A DNA stretch of 63,691 nucleotides, filler included, from Octopus bimaculoides (taxonomy: Eukaryota): NCBI RefSeq assembly GCF_001194135.2. It is 5 parts of 4 records of this genome, joined end to end, with 100 filler letters (N's around TTAATTAATTAA, not from the genome) between each part and the next. Parts side by side here need not be neighbours in the genome. Positions count along the whole stretch, not along the records: positions 1 to 15,572 come from NC_068984.1; positions 15,673 to 40,518 come from NC_068981.1; 3 more parts are not named here. One strand, written 5' to 3'. Below the pieces are notes generated by a model. That model was given only the letters and a program-made list of their open reading frames with translations. It was not told the DNA's origin and ran no database searches. The translations under genes and the position numbers were made by a program. Shown here in pieces: positions 12,690 to 25,406 of this stretch (positions are counted from its first letter, which is position 1; each line of letters begins with the position of its first letter).

Positions 12690-13000
12690 GCTATATGTAC
12701 TGGTGTACATCATGCAAACTTCGAAAATAGCCGCTATTCTTAAACATACACCATCATACAAACGATCAGAAAAGCCATTCAATGTATATCCAGGCGTTAC
12801 ATCTCAGAAACATTTCACAAAAGAGGTATTTATTACTTTGCTCATGGCTTCACGTAGTTACATCAAGCACGAACCTATGAACTGTAGAACAAACTCAGAA
12901 GTTTCACAATTTCCGCACTCACCACGTTACCCACACACTTACATATACACACGTGAACTAATAGCCTTGTATAACAACCTTACAACACTCCACGAATATC
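12690..13000 (+). mobile_element. Possible Penelope-like GIY-YIG relic
   Basis: VYIMQTSKIAAILKH resembles VYIGQTSR.L..R.KEH; very degenerate. Confidence 0.4.
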
Positions 13001-13701
13001 TCATTCATTTCATTTCATTTATCTAATTTTATCTTACACTTTACCATTTTCAATTATTTTACAGCTCTTCAAGGTTGCACCAGATAATTTATTTCGTTCT
13101 GTTTCATCTCATGTCTCTAGTTTAATCCATTTTATTTCACTTATCATCTTCCCATCACCCGTCAGTCAACAGTTATTTATTTAGTAACTAATTATTCATT
13201 CACTTATCTATTGTTAATATTCATTAATTTTTCTAACCACCCGCACGTCATCACATTTCCACTCAAAATGTAACACATACTTGTGTTTTGAGTAATTCAG
13301 AAGTTACGAGTGTAGACACAAGAATATACAGGTGAGAAACAACGTGTTATGAAATGTTATTTGACTGCAAACTCATTAACCTTGCTTCGGCTATCTCCTT
13401 CTAATAAACACATTATATTCATATCACATATTTCAACCTACAGCAGAGCGACAGACATATTAACACCACATCAACACTAGAATTATGCTAATCAGCTAAT
13501 CATTTGCGATGTTTTCTGTTGTTGTTTGTCTTCAACCAAAATGGCTGACTGATAACATTCGAAAGTGGTTCAAAAGTGATTACATGTGATGGTAGTCAAA
13601 ATTTCTTTCAGGTTTAATTACAACTGATCATAGCATATTCTATATACAATACAACCGATATTGAGTACACATTCTCTTTTCGTTCCTATTTCCATAATGT
13701 G

Positions 13702-13745
<44 letters not shown>

Positions 13746-13964
13746 GAGCTACTCCAAGCAATCATTTTAGGCTTAGTGTACTGAGCCGGTAAGATTGGTT
13801 GGAGACACATGGTACTTTGTATAAATCTGCCGATTTATCGTGTTTTCATGGCATGAAACTTTTTATAGCTGTCATTTGAAAACTGTGTTTATTAAATAAT
13901 ATTTATCTCTCATTGGATGGAGCACTTATTTTTTTTTTATTCAACCTACAACGGAATAGTAACC

Positions 13965-14004
<40 letters not shown>

Positions 14005-14329
14005 CATATATATATTTGAAAAATTGAGTAGAGATGGGTTTTTTGGGGATAATTTTTGTTTTAATAATAATGCTCACAAAGAATGACTCTCATATGAGTT
14101 TTGAGCTTCAAATAGCCGTTTTCAAATTGAAAAATGTATGTTTTACTGGTTGCTTAAATGGCAAAACTTTTTTTCTTACAAATATACACACAATATATGT
14201 AGCAAAAAAAAAGAGAGGAAGAGAATTTCGATTAAGCCCGTGAGACGAGTTGTAATTCAAAAATTATATATATAAAGTAAAAGAAGTCTTGTCATACGTC
14301 TTTTTGCTGTTAAGGTAATTGTTACAATA

Positions 14330-15572
14330 TTGTTGAACTATTGTTGTTGTTGAATTCTCCTGTTTTTTGAGTTTTTGGAAACACTTTTTACTGCGTTGTA
14401 GCAGATTTACTTTACGTTTTCCCTCTTGTTTGAAGGGGGAAACTTATAATTTTTTGTGTCTCATTTTGTTTTACAAAATGAGCGAATCTTCCGATGAGGA
14501 AACCTTGTTTTTGGAAAAACTCTTGGAAGAAATAGTAAAGAACAGGTCTGTGTCAGCAGATAACCAAACGGAAAATACGACCAAGAAAACGGATGACAAC
14601 CATAACACCGAGAAAAATAAGGAAAAAAAGGTGACCGATTTTACAGCCATAGCTGGAGTAACCAAAGAAGACATAAAAATTGAACAAAGTGTGCTTGGAA
14701 AATACAAAGCGCTCCTTCAAAGGGAGGGGCACAACGTAAAATTGACCCCTCCCGGCGAAGTCATACACACAACGCAAAGGAAGACTATAATATTTAAAAC
14801 GTATTCTATCAAAAGCAATAAGATAGACATGGCCTCGAAGGAGGCCAGAGAAAAGTGTTTACGCCTTATATGGCAGGATATCCCCTATATAGCCAGGAGG
14901 AGGAGATTCGCCACGGTGAAGGTACATTTTCACAACGATGAAAAAGCAAGGCAACATTCGACAGCTTCTCTCAAGTCAGCCGAGGTGGTCCTCCTGCCAA
15001 CATACCTTCCAGGGTAAGAGTGGGAGAAATACCACCCGAGGTTGATGTTGCCTAGCTCGTAGCAGCACTGATATTTGGCTTGGAGGACAAAATCCCCATC
15101 TTCCAAGCCACCAAATTTCACCAACAGAACTGGCAGGGGCAGAGATTAGAGAAGCTAATCTAAGCTGCCCCTGCCGACCTGGAAGAAATTCCAGATTCAA
15201 TATTGACTAGAGAAGAAACAAATCTAAGGGTCATCGTGGAGCGAAGGAAACCACGATGCTATAAGTATGACCAAAAGATCCACATAAGAGTAGAATGTCC
15301 TCCACCACTGTACCCACACCACCCGAAAAAACTTCTGTACCTTCACCATCCGTGAAATCATCTGTATCACCACCACCCGCGAAAACTATTCCTGAAGCGG
15401 GAAAACATAGAGAGACACAGGAGCCTGCAGAGGACCCGAAAACTGTAAAAAGAAAAGATACAGAAACAATATCCGAAGACACAGTGAACTATTGTCGCCC
15501 CATCCCCACCCCACCCCAAAATAGTGGAAAAAGGATGAACTCCCTCCCAAACCCCACAGAAATTAATGCACC
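14330..15572 (+). mobile_element. Tx1/L1-clade LINE ORF1 (gag-like) relic, cut by gap
   Basis: ATG at 14478 opens about 180 codons. After a frameshift near 15005 it continues RVRVGEIPPEVDVA*..LRVIVERRKPRCYKYDQKIHIRVECP, a decayed CX2CX4HX4C knuckle at 15257-15298. Confidence 0.75.
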
Positions 15573-15672
15573 NNNNNNNNNNNNNNNNNNNNNNNNNNNN
15601 NNNNNNNNNNNNNNNNTTAATTAATTAANNNNNNNNNNNNNNNNNNNNNNNNNNNNNNNNNNNNNNNNNNNN
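15573..15672. other. Artificial 100-bp scaffolding spacer (44 N + TTAATTAATTAA + 44 N)
   Basis: Identical layout at 40519-40618, 45303-45402 and 56723-56822; stop codons in all six frames. Confidence 0.95.
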
Positions 15673-16039
15673 AATTAAAAATAATAATATATACTGTCCT
15701 TTCTATAAGTTGTCAAATTAATCCTTCTGAAGTATGTAAAGTTTGTTCGTTTCTTCCTTTGTTGAAATTTCAAGTGTTAAACACTTATTTGTATAAGAAT
15801 TGGTATACTTTTTGAAAGTATATATTTTATTATGTTGCCGTGTCATGTCAGGTTGGATGTATGTCTTTCATAATATTAAATATTGATTTCCTGAGTATAT
15901 TATTGATGAGTTTATGAATTTATTAATAATATAAAAACACATATATACACATTTATTTGCTCAAGATAATTGAGCACTCAACATAAGTTCAGTTATATAT
16001 TCTTTTAGAATATTTCTTTTAGAATATTACTTATAAAAG

Positions 16040-16126
16040 TTATATATATATATATGTATGTATGTATATGTATATTATATGTATGTGTGTGTATATCTAT
16101 CTATCTATAAATATATATATATATAA

Positions 16127-16163
<37 letters not shown>

Positions 16164-16187
16164 GAGAGAGAGATGGATGGATGAATG

Positions 16188-16255
<68 letters not shown>

Positions 16256-16256
16256 T
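16040..16256. repeat. Compound microsatellite (TA, CA, GA, GATA)
   Basis: Directly visible. Confidence 0.95.
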
Positions 16257-17805
16257 TTCATCAGCAGTGTAGGCATCTTTCTGACAACTAGGTGCGTGTC
16301 TTTATCTATAAATAAACCATACTAGGTAACCCTGGGTTTTTGTATGTCTCTGATCTATCGCCGCAGCTAATCATTTTGTGTCAGCAACAACACAAGTAAG
16401 ACAAACATGACGTCCCACACCTTGAAACATTTAAACCAGAGCTTTTCAGTTTTCCAAATTTTCTCTTCCGATCCCTTTTGATGCAGCGTATTGATTTCAA
16501 AGTACTGGATTTTATGAACTCGAGCTAACCACATTAATTTTTGTTCATATATAATTTTGACCAGCAAGATTTATTTAAGCCCAGATATTAAGCTATGAAG
16601 TGACAACAAAACAATATTTCTTGAAAAAGAATGGACACTGTGATGTAAAACCACTTGTGACGGAAATCTGTTAACCCGCCAGTCATATACGTTTAAAGAA
16701 GTGTGAACGTATGCTTGTATGCTACTTTCATCAGCCTATATTGTTTCAGTCAAAAACAGCTCATTAATTTTTTTAGGGACAACGAATATACCTAAGTCAA
16801 TTTTATGTTATAAGATTGAAACAAAGCTATATTCCTCGAAAAACATTCTATTTAAGATATTTGAGAGTTTTTACTATAATTAATTCAAGTGATAACTTAT
16901 CAGCTTGAGTAAGCGTTTAGATTTGAGCAAGCATTGCATGTCAAGAACGAACTGTAATATCCCTAGTTGATAGCTGGGATACTCGAGTAACCCGAGTGGT
17001 GGAATGTAAAACGCTGGGAATTAATATTATTTCCGTAATAAAATGATTCGTGACAGATGTCCGAGTATTTCACTCACATGAGCCTGTGAAACGAATGAAA
17101 TATAACGGCTCGTTGAATATATAAGTAGTTCGAAAGAAATTTCAATAAAGAACATATGAGATGAATTGTAATTAAGACATGGGTTTCAAATAAGTAGTGA
17201 GTGTCTAAAACAAGCTGGAAAAATTAATATACACAGAAAATTTGAGGTTAGAGGTTGAAGGGAAGAGAGAAAGATGACAAGTGTTAAAAGCTAAGAGTTG
17301 TGAGAGAAGAAAACAAGGAATACAAGACATTATGATAAAATAAAATTTTATTTCAGTTTTATAATTAAGAAATTTTNNNNNNNNNNNNNNNNNNNNNNNN
17401 NNNNNNNNNNNNNNNNNNNNNNNNNNNNNNNNNNNNNNNNNNNNNNNNNNNNNNNNNNNNNNNNNNNNNNNNNNNNNNNNNNNNNNNNNNNNNNNNNNNN
17501 NNNNNNNNNNNNNNNNNNNNNNNNNNNNNNNNNNNNNNNNNNNNNNNNNNNNNNNNNNNNNNNNNNNNNNNNNNNNNNNNNNNNNNNNNNNNNNNNNNNN
17601 NNNNNNNNNNNNNNNNNNNNNNNNNNNNNNNNNNNTATATATATTTATACATACATACATACATACATACATACATACATACATGTATATGTGTGTGCGA
17701 GAGAGAGAGAGAGAGAGAGAGAGTATGTGTGTGTGTGTGTATGTGTGTGTGTGTGAGTAGATGTGAGTAAGTAAGTGTGTATGTGTACGTGTGTTTTTAT
17801 TTGTA

Positions 17806-18684
17806 AAGTGTTCGGGTTGAATTTGACAGTTTGTATGAAAGTAAAAGAAAACAATATCACATACAAAACTAAAAGCATTTTAAAAAATCAAAAAATGTCG
17901 GGGCGCTAATAGTTTACTCAAAGTAGCCGCCCTCAGTCCCCACCGCGGCCTCCAGACGGATGCGGAACCTGGCGCATGAGTTTCTCACTGTGTCCCTGGG
18001 ATGATCTTCAAACGCCTCCTTGATCTTGGTCACCAGCTCGGCATTGGTATTGCAGGCAATGTACTTAGAGTCTTTCTCATTGCGCCCTACACATAATAAT
18101 CCATGAGAGGACAATCGTGAGAATTAGGAGGCCAGACATTGAGGCTGGTGAAATCGCCGAAATTCTCTGACAACCATTTCTATCTCTTTCTGGAAGTATG
18201 GCAAAGAGCCGAATCCCTCTGCCACACATATGGCCTTCTCGCGGCAGCCCTCTACAGCCAGTGTTTCACCAGTCTTCAGCAGCTTCACATAGTGATTTGA
18301 ATTAAGCCTAAACCCTGTTCAGAATATGCTGAGAAGAATTGAGAAGCGTGTGGATACAGTCAGAATATCTGTTGCATCTTTTTCTGCTGGCCACGGCTTT
18401 GTAGTCTCTTTTGCAGCTGTCCATGTCACTTCTTACAACCTTTATGGTGTTCACAGAGCATAGAGCAGTAGCCAGAACGTTGACATTCTGATATCCGGCG
18501 TGAATCATCCTGCTACAAGCAACTCTTTTCCAATATTCACATAACTTCCATTCCTCTCTATAATCTAACCTTTTCTCAGCTATACCTATAGTTACAATGC
18601 TCTCCAACGCCGTTATCTGTTCACCTATATATCAAGCTGTTCCTGAAAAAAGGGGACAAAATATTGTCAAATTTAACCCGAATA

Positions 18685-18687
<3 letters not shown>
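17806..18687 (-). mobile_element. Internally deleted Tc1/mariner DD37D (maT-like) transposon
   Basis: TIR core TTCGGGTTGAATTTGACA (17811-17828) vs TGTCAAATTTAACCCGAA (18665-18682), 17/18 match. Minus-strand peptides RPYVWQRDSALCHTS, NVWPPNS, RFRIRLEAAVGTEGGYFE*. Confidence 0.85.
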
Positions 18688-18758
<71 letters not shown>

Positions 18759-18877
18759 ATACAATATATATACATAAACATAGATAGACAGATAGTTAGC
18801 AAGATTAGCAAGATTATCATATACATATATACATATTTATATATACGCATGTATGTACATATACCTGTGTGTGTGTA

Positions 18878-19222
18878 TTGGGTCATCCCACAAATAATGC
18901 GTTTTTTTCAATTGCATCAACTAAAAGTTGGAAGGGGTGGGATAAACTACCTGCATTAACTTGCTATAAAAGCAGGCAGTAATTTTACCTTGTACTTATT
19001 CTTAGTGCAAGTTTTGAAGAGTGCAGTTCGATTTTAGCTGTTATTCTTTCAAAGCTATAATGGAAATGACAAAGGAGCATATTAGGCATATTTTGTTTTA
19101 TGAATTCAATAAAGGCAACAAGGCAACGGAAAGTGCGAGGAATATTAATGTAGTATATGGGGATCGGACAATAAACGTAAGCCAGTGTCAACAGTGCTTC
19201 CAGAAAGTCCCAGCCGGAAACA
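18878..19222 (+). mobile_element. mariner transposon 5' end (TIR plus N-terminal HTH)
   Basis: TA|TTGGGTCATCCCACAAATAATGCG terminus; ATG at 19060 gives MEMTKEHIRHILFYEFNKGNKATESARNINVVYGDRT, a Mos1-type HTH. Confidence 0.85.
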
Positions 19223-19490
19223 ACACATTCTGCATTTGGTGTTAGAGTTTTTGAGCCGTTGTTGGCTTTCACTTCAGTGTTAAACCTTGCAGGGTACTGG
19301 CCATGGAGTGATTTTTCTCTCCATTTCTTCTTTGATATGTTTTGAAATTTTGTTTCCAAGTTGTTTTTTCGTCTTTAATCATTTCTTTTGAGTTGTCATC
19401 TGAATTCAGTGTTTCAGTGTAGTTTTGTATTTTATCGCTTCTATGTGTATAGAGAAAAGCATTTTGTTTTCTTGTTGCTCTATTACGTGT
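19223..19490 (-). mobile_element. R4/Dong-like LINE internal fragment
   Basis: KKKWREKSLHGQYPAR followed by KNSNTKCRMC, motifs of RLE-clade ORFs downstream of RT. Confidence 0.7.
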
Positions 19491-19562
19491 AGTAGTTGCT
19501 CACTTTATCATCATCGTCATCATCATCATCATCATCATCATCATTATTATTATTATTATCAT

Positions 19563-19722
19563 TGGTCGTCCGTCTTTACGTTCTGAGCTCAAATGCAGCC
19601 AAGGTCGACTTTGCCTTTTATCCATTCGGGTTCGACAAAATATGTACCAGTTGTGTACTAGGGTCAATGTAGTCGACTTTCCCCTCCCCACAAATTTCAG
19701 GCCTATAGTAGAAATTATTATT
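19563..19722 (+). mobile_element. SINE family B, 5'-truncated, flanked by (ATT)n
   Basis: TACGTTCTGAGCTCAAAT..GGTCGACTTTGCCTTTTATCC..GTACCAGTT..TAGTAGAAATTATT. Confidence 0.75.
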
Positions 19723-19729
19723 ATTATTG

Positions 19730-20085
19730 GCGCTGTCCTCAAGTGAATTTATGACAAGGTGGGTGAAATTTGCGAAAATGGCAAGAGTGGATGGTACCAT
19801 TCTAAGTATAGTGATCTTGGACGGTGGAGTTCTTTGATTATTCCTGGAAGTCCTCCTGTGTCAGGAGGACAACATCACTATCAACTCCACCCCCTATTTT
19901 ATTTTTACTATTGTATACTATGTATGCATTCCTTCTCTGCCTTATTGTGTACTGTGTATATTTTTTTTTACATTTATATATAGTTTTTCTTGTCATTTCG
20001 TTATATCTAAGCCCCCAACACTTGATGTCTGTTTTTGTATCGTCTCCCTCATCCTTCACCCTGACGGCAAATAAAAGAAATGATT
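19730..20085 (+). mobile_element. Possible Tx1/L1-like LINE 3' end
   Basis: ALSSSEFMTRWVKFAKMARVDGTIL resembles Tx1 ORF2 C-termini; then an AT-rich UTR, AATAAAAG and (ATT)n. Confidence 0.45.
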
Positions 20086-20099
20086 ATTATTATTATTGC

Positions 20100-20132
<33 letters not shown>

Positions 20133-20157
20133 CATTATTATTATTATTATTATTATT

Positions 20158-20302
20158 TTTATAACTCAGGTTTTGTTGGAACTCCTGATGTCTTGCATGC
20201 GTAGCGGGTTGGCTACCTGCTGCCTGCAGTACCATGGTACCTGTTCTTTTCAACTATTCAATACTTTCCTGATGATTCTGGCCGTGCCAAGGAGGCAAAC
20301 TC

Positions 20303-20303
<1 letters not shown>
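20158..20303 (-). mobile_element. R4/Dong-like LINE extreme 3' end inside a (TAA)n tract
   Basis: Minus strand reads RVCLLGTARIIRKVLNS* (stop at 20250-20252) plus short UTR; (ATT)n on both sides. Confidence 0.8.
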
Positions 20304-20371
<68 letters not shown>

Positions 20372-22462
20372 GCTCTTGTAGGTGGGGTTTTGTTGAAATA
20401 TAACATCAAAATATTAAGACAATTCATAAAAATAATTATTGAACACCAAACAGAAACAAAACAAAACAAAAATAAATAGAATTACAAAACTTTTTTTAAA
20501 TATCTTTTGTTAATATTTCTTTTCTTATTTTGTTACTATTGTTTTGTTGTTTAATTTCAAGCGTACAATATAGTTATTAACCCTTGCTCACACGACAAAT
20601 ATCTGAGTCACTTTGTTGATGAAAGGTAAAAATGAAAATGATCCGTTTAATCAATAAATTAGATTGATTGATCGCAACAATATTTTGATTATTTCTGGAA
20701 AGAGTGGTGGATGGGAATGGGATACCATTATATATATATATATGTTTCTTTTGTTGTAGTCGTTGTTTCACTTTTGTTTCGCTTCCATGGTTTGCAAGTA
20801 TTCTATGGCTAAATGATATCCGAGCGTAAATTAAATTAAGTAACGATTAACTGTTACATTCGCCTGATTTTATATGATGTAAGAAGAAGCGTGTGCTTGA
20901 TAGAGACTCATTTATTATGGAGTTTATTCTATCTTACATGGAATGTATTCTATAGTTGTACTCAAACTAGAGATGCATTGAAATCTAAAGACAATGTGAC
21001 ATTTTCTCAGGGATGTTTCTGCATGAAAGTATATTCAATCCACCTCTCCCCAAATTTTTTTATTAATTTAAATTTAACCAGCAATGAAAAGTAAGATAAT
21101 TTCCATTAACTATAATTATAAGTAAAGGCTAGGAGGGACAACTTGTAATTAAAATTGATTTTAAATGAATGTGGCCATGAAGTGGAGGGTAAGTTTGGTT
21201 TTTGTTAAATTTCAGTAAAGTACAGTCGAATACGTAGTTACCAGACCCTAAACTGACTCATAATGTACAATAACTTAGTCAAAATAGATTCACGAATTAG
21301 GCCTTTTACAATAGAGACAGAAAATTTCCCCAGAGATTGAAACTTATCATTGCCACACTTCATCTTCATTATCATTTTAGGCTATACTGTAGCCTAGTAT
21401 TTAGAGAATCAGACCTACGTATGTAATATAGTGGGTTCAATTCATGGACTGGGTGATGCGTTGTATCCTTCAGGAAGGTTGTCCAGTATACTCAGTTGTA
21501 AATTCACCAGTGCCCAGATGGTATTCTGGATACTCTAGAGACACATGGTTACTACTGCAGCCTTTTCTCCCCCTAGCTGTCACATTCTCGATAAGCCATT
21601 AAATCAAAAGTTAGAAGGCGGAGAGAGTGTCTATGTTTGCTCGCTACCACAGTGACACCCTATACAACTATCGCGAAGAATGGATGGAGGATGGAAGCAA
21701 AAAGCGGGAGACAGTGGGGAAAAAAAGTAAAGAAAAATCAGCATCTTTTCACAGATACAGAAAGTAATCCCATGGGGAAAGTAAGTAAAACATGCAGGAA
21801 ACCCATCTTCCTTTGATAGTGCATGAACTCCAGTCCTTTGAATGTGCAACGGGAGACAAAATCTGTTTCACACGCAATATTTATCGAATATATAATCGAT
21901 TACACACACAATATTTATATTATTCGTATGGCAATGAATGATAAGCTATGGAACGCAATCCAAGACATAATTTATTATAGATGCAATTTACGTTGCTTAC
22001 AGTATTCGTAATAGAATTCACGGTTACGTAAATATTTAAAATCATCTATAGTATATATGATGCTGATAGGCTTTCAGAGTCTACAACTCTGAGAGCAATT
22101 GTTGCACTTCAAGGCTGTATAAAGCACTTAGATCTAAGTTTAGTTGAAGATGCTGTGTAGCTATGCATTTTATCTTGTCAAAATTCAGTAACCATAGATG
22201 GATGATGAAATATTTGCAACCGAGAATCAAATTTTAATAGCTAATTAATAGGGCTAATATATTGTCTTCAGCACCCGTTAATTTGGAAGCAAAATAAACG
22301 AGAAAAAAATGGTCTAGATGGATTTTTCAGGGACACGGCACTAAATTTTAGCAAATGTGATTTTTCCCTAAGGTGAAATGAGGCATTTAGAATTAAGAAT
22401 TTTGTGCAGAACTGGAAAATAGAATTTTTGTTGAAGTTGTTTAGTTAATATTATCACACTGA

Positions 22463-22650
22463 AGGAGACGAGATGGCAGAATCGTTACTGCGCCGGAAAA
22501 AATAGTGCTTCGCGGCATTTCTTTCTATTTTACGTTCTGGGTTCAAATGCTGCCGGAGTCGATTTTACCTTTCACTCTTGTGAAAGTAAGAACCAGTTGA
22601 GCACCTTCCCCTAAATTGCTGATCTTGGGCCAAAATTTGAAACTAATATT
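22463..22650 (+). mobile_element. SINE family B copy
   Basis: GGCAGAATCGTT..TACGTTCTGGGTTCAAAT..CTTGGGCCAAAATTTGAAACTAATATT. Confidence 0.7.
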
Positions 22651-23369
22651 ACGTCATTGAATCAGCTCTTGGACCACAACAAAGATCATTTGAATAAAGC
22701 AAACATGTGTATAGTCACTCTACAAAGAAGCTACACATGTGCTCATCCCAAAAATTATTATACATTTAGGAATCGTCAAGTTCGAAAACATGCTTAAATA
22801 ACCCAAAGAGAACAAGGTTTATTTTGAAGAATAACCACTAATAAAACGACGTTACTTTATACCTTCATAACTAATCATTAGCGACAGAAACAGTATTAAT
22901 ACCAAAAAGTAATCTTTATATCCAACTTAACATGGATGTTTTGTTGGAACACTGAATACTGAGTTACTAGCCTAGAGATCCTCTCATTTAGGCGCTTGGT
23001 GCATAAAAGCACACACATAGATCATAGACGGGAATCGTCTGTCATGGGCACCGAGACTCTCATATCCTGTGATTTCATTTTACTGGAAACCACCAGTGCT
23101 GACATATTCTGGTAATGGATTTCTCAGCATCATAAAAGTATAGTTTCAGTATTTTAAATCAGTGGTTGAACTCGGAACCTTTCAATCTCTAATGTCCGGT
23201 TCTCTGCAACTAAACTGCATTAACAAATAGATTGGAAACGAAAAGCATCTCAGTTTGGCAGAAGAAACAAAAATGTTATTAACCAAGTTTTTCATGCACA
23301 AAATAATATTTCATTCGCTTTTCTGTGTTTCTGTATGGACACGAACAGGATAAAGAATTAAGAGAAGAC

Positions 23370-24090
23370 ATGAGAGAGAGGGAGAGGGTGAGTGAGTGAG
23401 TGAGTAAGTGAGTGAGTGAGTGAGTGAGTGAGTGAGAGATGGGGGTGAGTGAGGGAGAGAGCGCGCATGGGGAGATGGAGCTGTGACACGCAAAAGAAAG
23501 GAAGAAAAGTTTTCAAGAATGGTTAAAATACAGAAATACAATTAAGAGGCAAAGGATTAGGATGGAATATGGTAAGAGTGGTAGTTTTAAATTGGAATAG
23601 TGGAAGAGAGAAAGAAATATAAAATACGTAAAGAGAAAAGAGTGAGAGGAAAAGGGGAAGGTGAAATAGAATTAAAAAAAGTTATGCGAAGAGAAAAGAT
23701 ACCAATTCCAAGAAAGAGAGAGATAGGGGAGAGAGGAGGAAGAAAGAGAGGGAAAGACACGGAGAGCAGGGAGACAAAATGACTGATATAATATGTATAT
23801 ATATAAGAAATAAGTCAGATAGAAACTGACAAAGAGAATGACTGACAGAGAGGCAGACCGACAAAGAGAAATACAGAGGGGGGGGGGGGGGAGAAATTTA
23901 AATGAAAATATAAGAGTAGAGAGAATGGCCATGAGAGTGAGAGAGAAGGTGAGAAAGAGACTGAGGATAGAGAAAAATAACAGATATCAGATTAGGGGAG
24001 GGCTGTGAGGTAAAAAAATATGAAGAGCGATAGAAAGTGATTGCACGTAGTGAAAGACAGAGAGCGGAGGAGGAGAAGGAAAGAGAGATC
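23370..24090. repeat. (GAGT)n plus purine-rich low-complexity tract
   Basis: Directly visible GA-rich composition, including a G run near 23879. Confidence 0.8.
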
Positions 24091-24387
24091 GGAGTATGAA
24101 ATCAGTAACTGGAAAGTAAGTGATGCGGGAGTTTAATTATCTAAGCTGATATTAAATGAAGGGGAACCCGTTTAGCAGAAGACATTGATATAGATGGCAT
24201 CACTGACTAGCACCAGCTTTGTATTGGCAGGCATCTTCTCGCTATGCATTCAATAGCTGTCATTATAACACCATCTATAATGAGACTATAGTCTGAATGT
24301 TACTCTTTCGATTCTTTTATACATGCTGCATAGACCAACAGATTCGCCCAAATTCATTTGTATGCAATAGGCACAAGGCCAATAGAC

Positions 24388-24392
24388 ACACA

Positions 24393-24423
<31 letters not shown>

Positions 24424-24449
24424 TACGCACAGACACACACAGAGACCGG

Positions 24450-24516
<67 letters not shown>

Positions 24517-24604
24517 GTAAGTAGGCAGGCAGGCAGGTAGGTAGGTAGGTAGGTAGGTAGGTAGGTAGGTAGGTAGGGGATAGGTTGGTATGTACGTGCG
24601 TGGG

Positions 24605-24662
<58 letters not shown>

Positions 24663-24758
24663 GATAGGTAAGTAGGTAGGTAGGTAGGTAGGTAGGTAGG
24701 TAGGTAGGTAGGTAGGTTGGTATGTATGTGCGTGGGTAGGTAGGTAGATAGGTAGATG

Positions 24759-24792
<34 letters not shown>

Positions 24793-24797
24793 TAGAT

Positions 24798-24854
<57 letters not shown>

Positions 24855-24948
24855 GATATGAATGGTTTTTTTTACATGAATGTGCGTGTGATGAGTAGGT
24901 ATGTGTGCATTTGTGTTTGTAAATGTGTTGTGTGTGTATGCGTGTGTA

Positions 24949-24989
<41 letters not shown>

Positions 24990-24990
24990 A
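24388..24990. repeat. Compound microsatellite (CA, GATA, GGTA, GACA, GT) with a two-unit higher-order repeat
   Basis: Anchor GGTTGGTATGTA(C/T)GTGCGTGGGTAG recurs near 24582 and 24715. Confidence 0.9.
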
Positions 24991-25139
24991 TTTACTAGTT
25001 ACATTTTCTGAACAGCCGCTTGCTAAGGCATATCGACGCAAATATATATTCAAGTATAGTACACAGTGTATCGATATTTATTTATTTATCGAACCGTTAA
25101 TGACGTGTTTTTGACAGCAAGAGACGTAACTCAGTATCA

Positions 25140-25237
25140 GTTCACAAATGCAAACATGAACTCTCAGTGGGATCGAACCCAGCACCATGTGATTGCCGAA
25201 CCAACATATGAAGTACACCACTACAAAGCTGCGCTTA
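25140..25237 (-). mobile_element. SINE family A head, degenerate
   Basis: Minus strand TGTAGTGG..CACATGGTGCTGGGTTCGATCCCACTG, tRNA-like B box. Confidence 0.55.
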
Positions 25238-25273
25238 TGTCAATACAATTAAAATTCAATCACTCAGTCAATG

Positions 25274-25325
<52 letters not shown>

Positions 25326-25406
25326 AGCAGGCATCGTGGCTATGTGGTAAGAAGCTTGCTTCCCAACCACATGGTCCTGGGTTCAGTCTCACTGCGTGGA
25401 ACCTTG
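25326..25406 (+). mobile_element. SINE family A head, cut by gap
   Basis: GTGGCTATGTGGTAAGAAGCTTGCTTCCCAACCACATGG..GGGTTCAGTC. Confidence 0.8.

Noticed and set aside
14367-15017. 216-aa ORF as a host gene
   Set aside because: Continues through a frameshift into a decayed zinc knuckle typical of LINE ORF1.
15617-15628. Recurring palindrome TTAATTAATTAA (also 40563, 45347, 56767)
   Set aside because: Always centred in exactly 44 N + 12 + 44 N; an artificial scaffolding spacer, not biology.
16367-16567. Minus-strand 66-aa ORF as an exon
   Set aside because: No recognisable domain or partner exons.
14478-20085. ORF1 relic and Tx1-like 3' end as one element
   Set aside because: The spacing is about right, but the intervening sequence shows no ORF2 remnant.
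21755-21780. Possible 26-nt micro-exon (CACAG..ATGGGGAAA|GTAAGT)
   Set aside because: Such splice-like pairs arise by chance; no other support.
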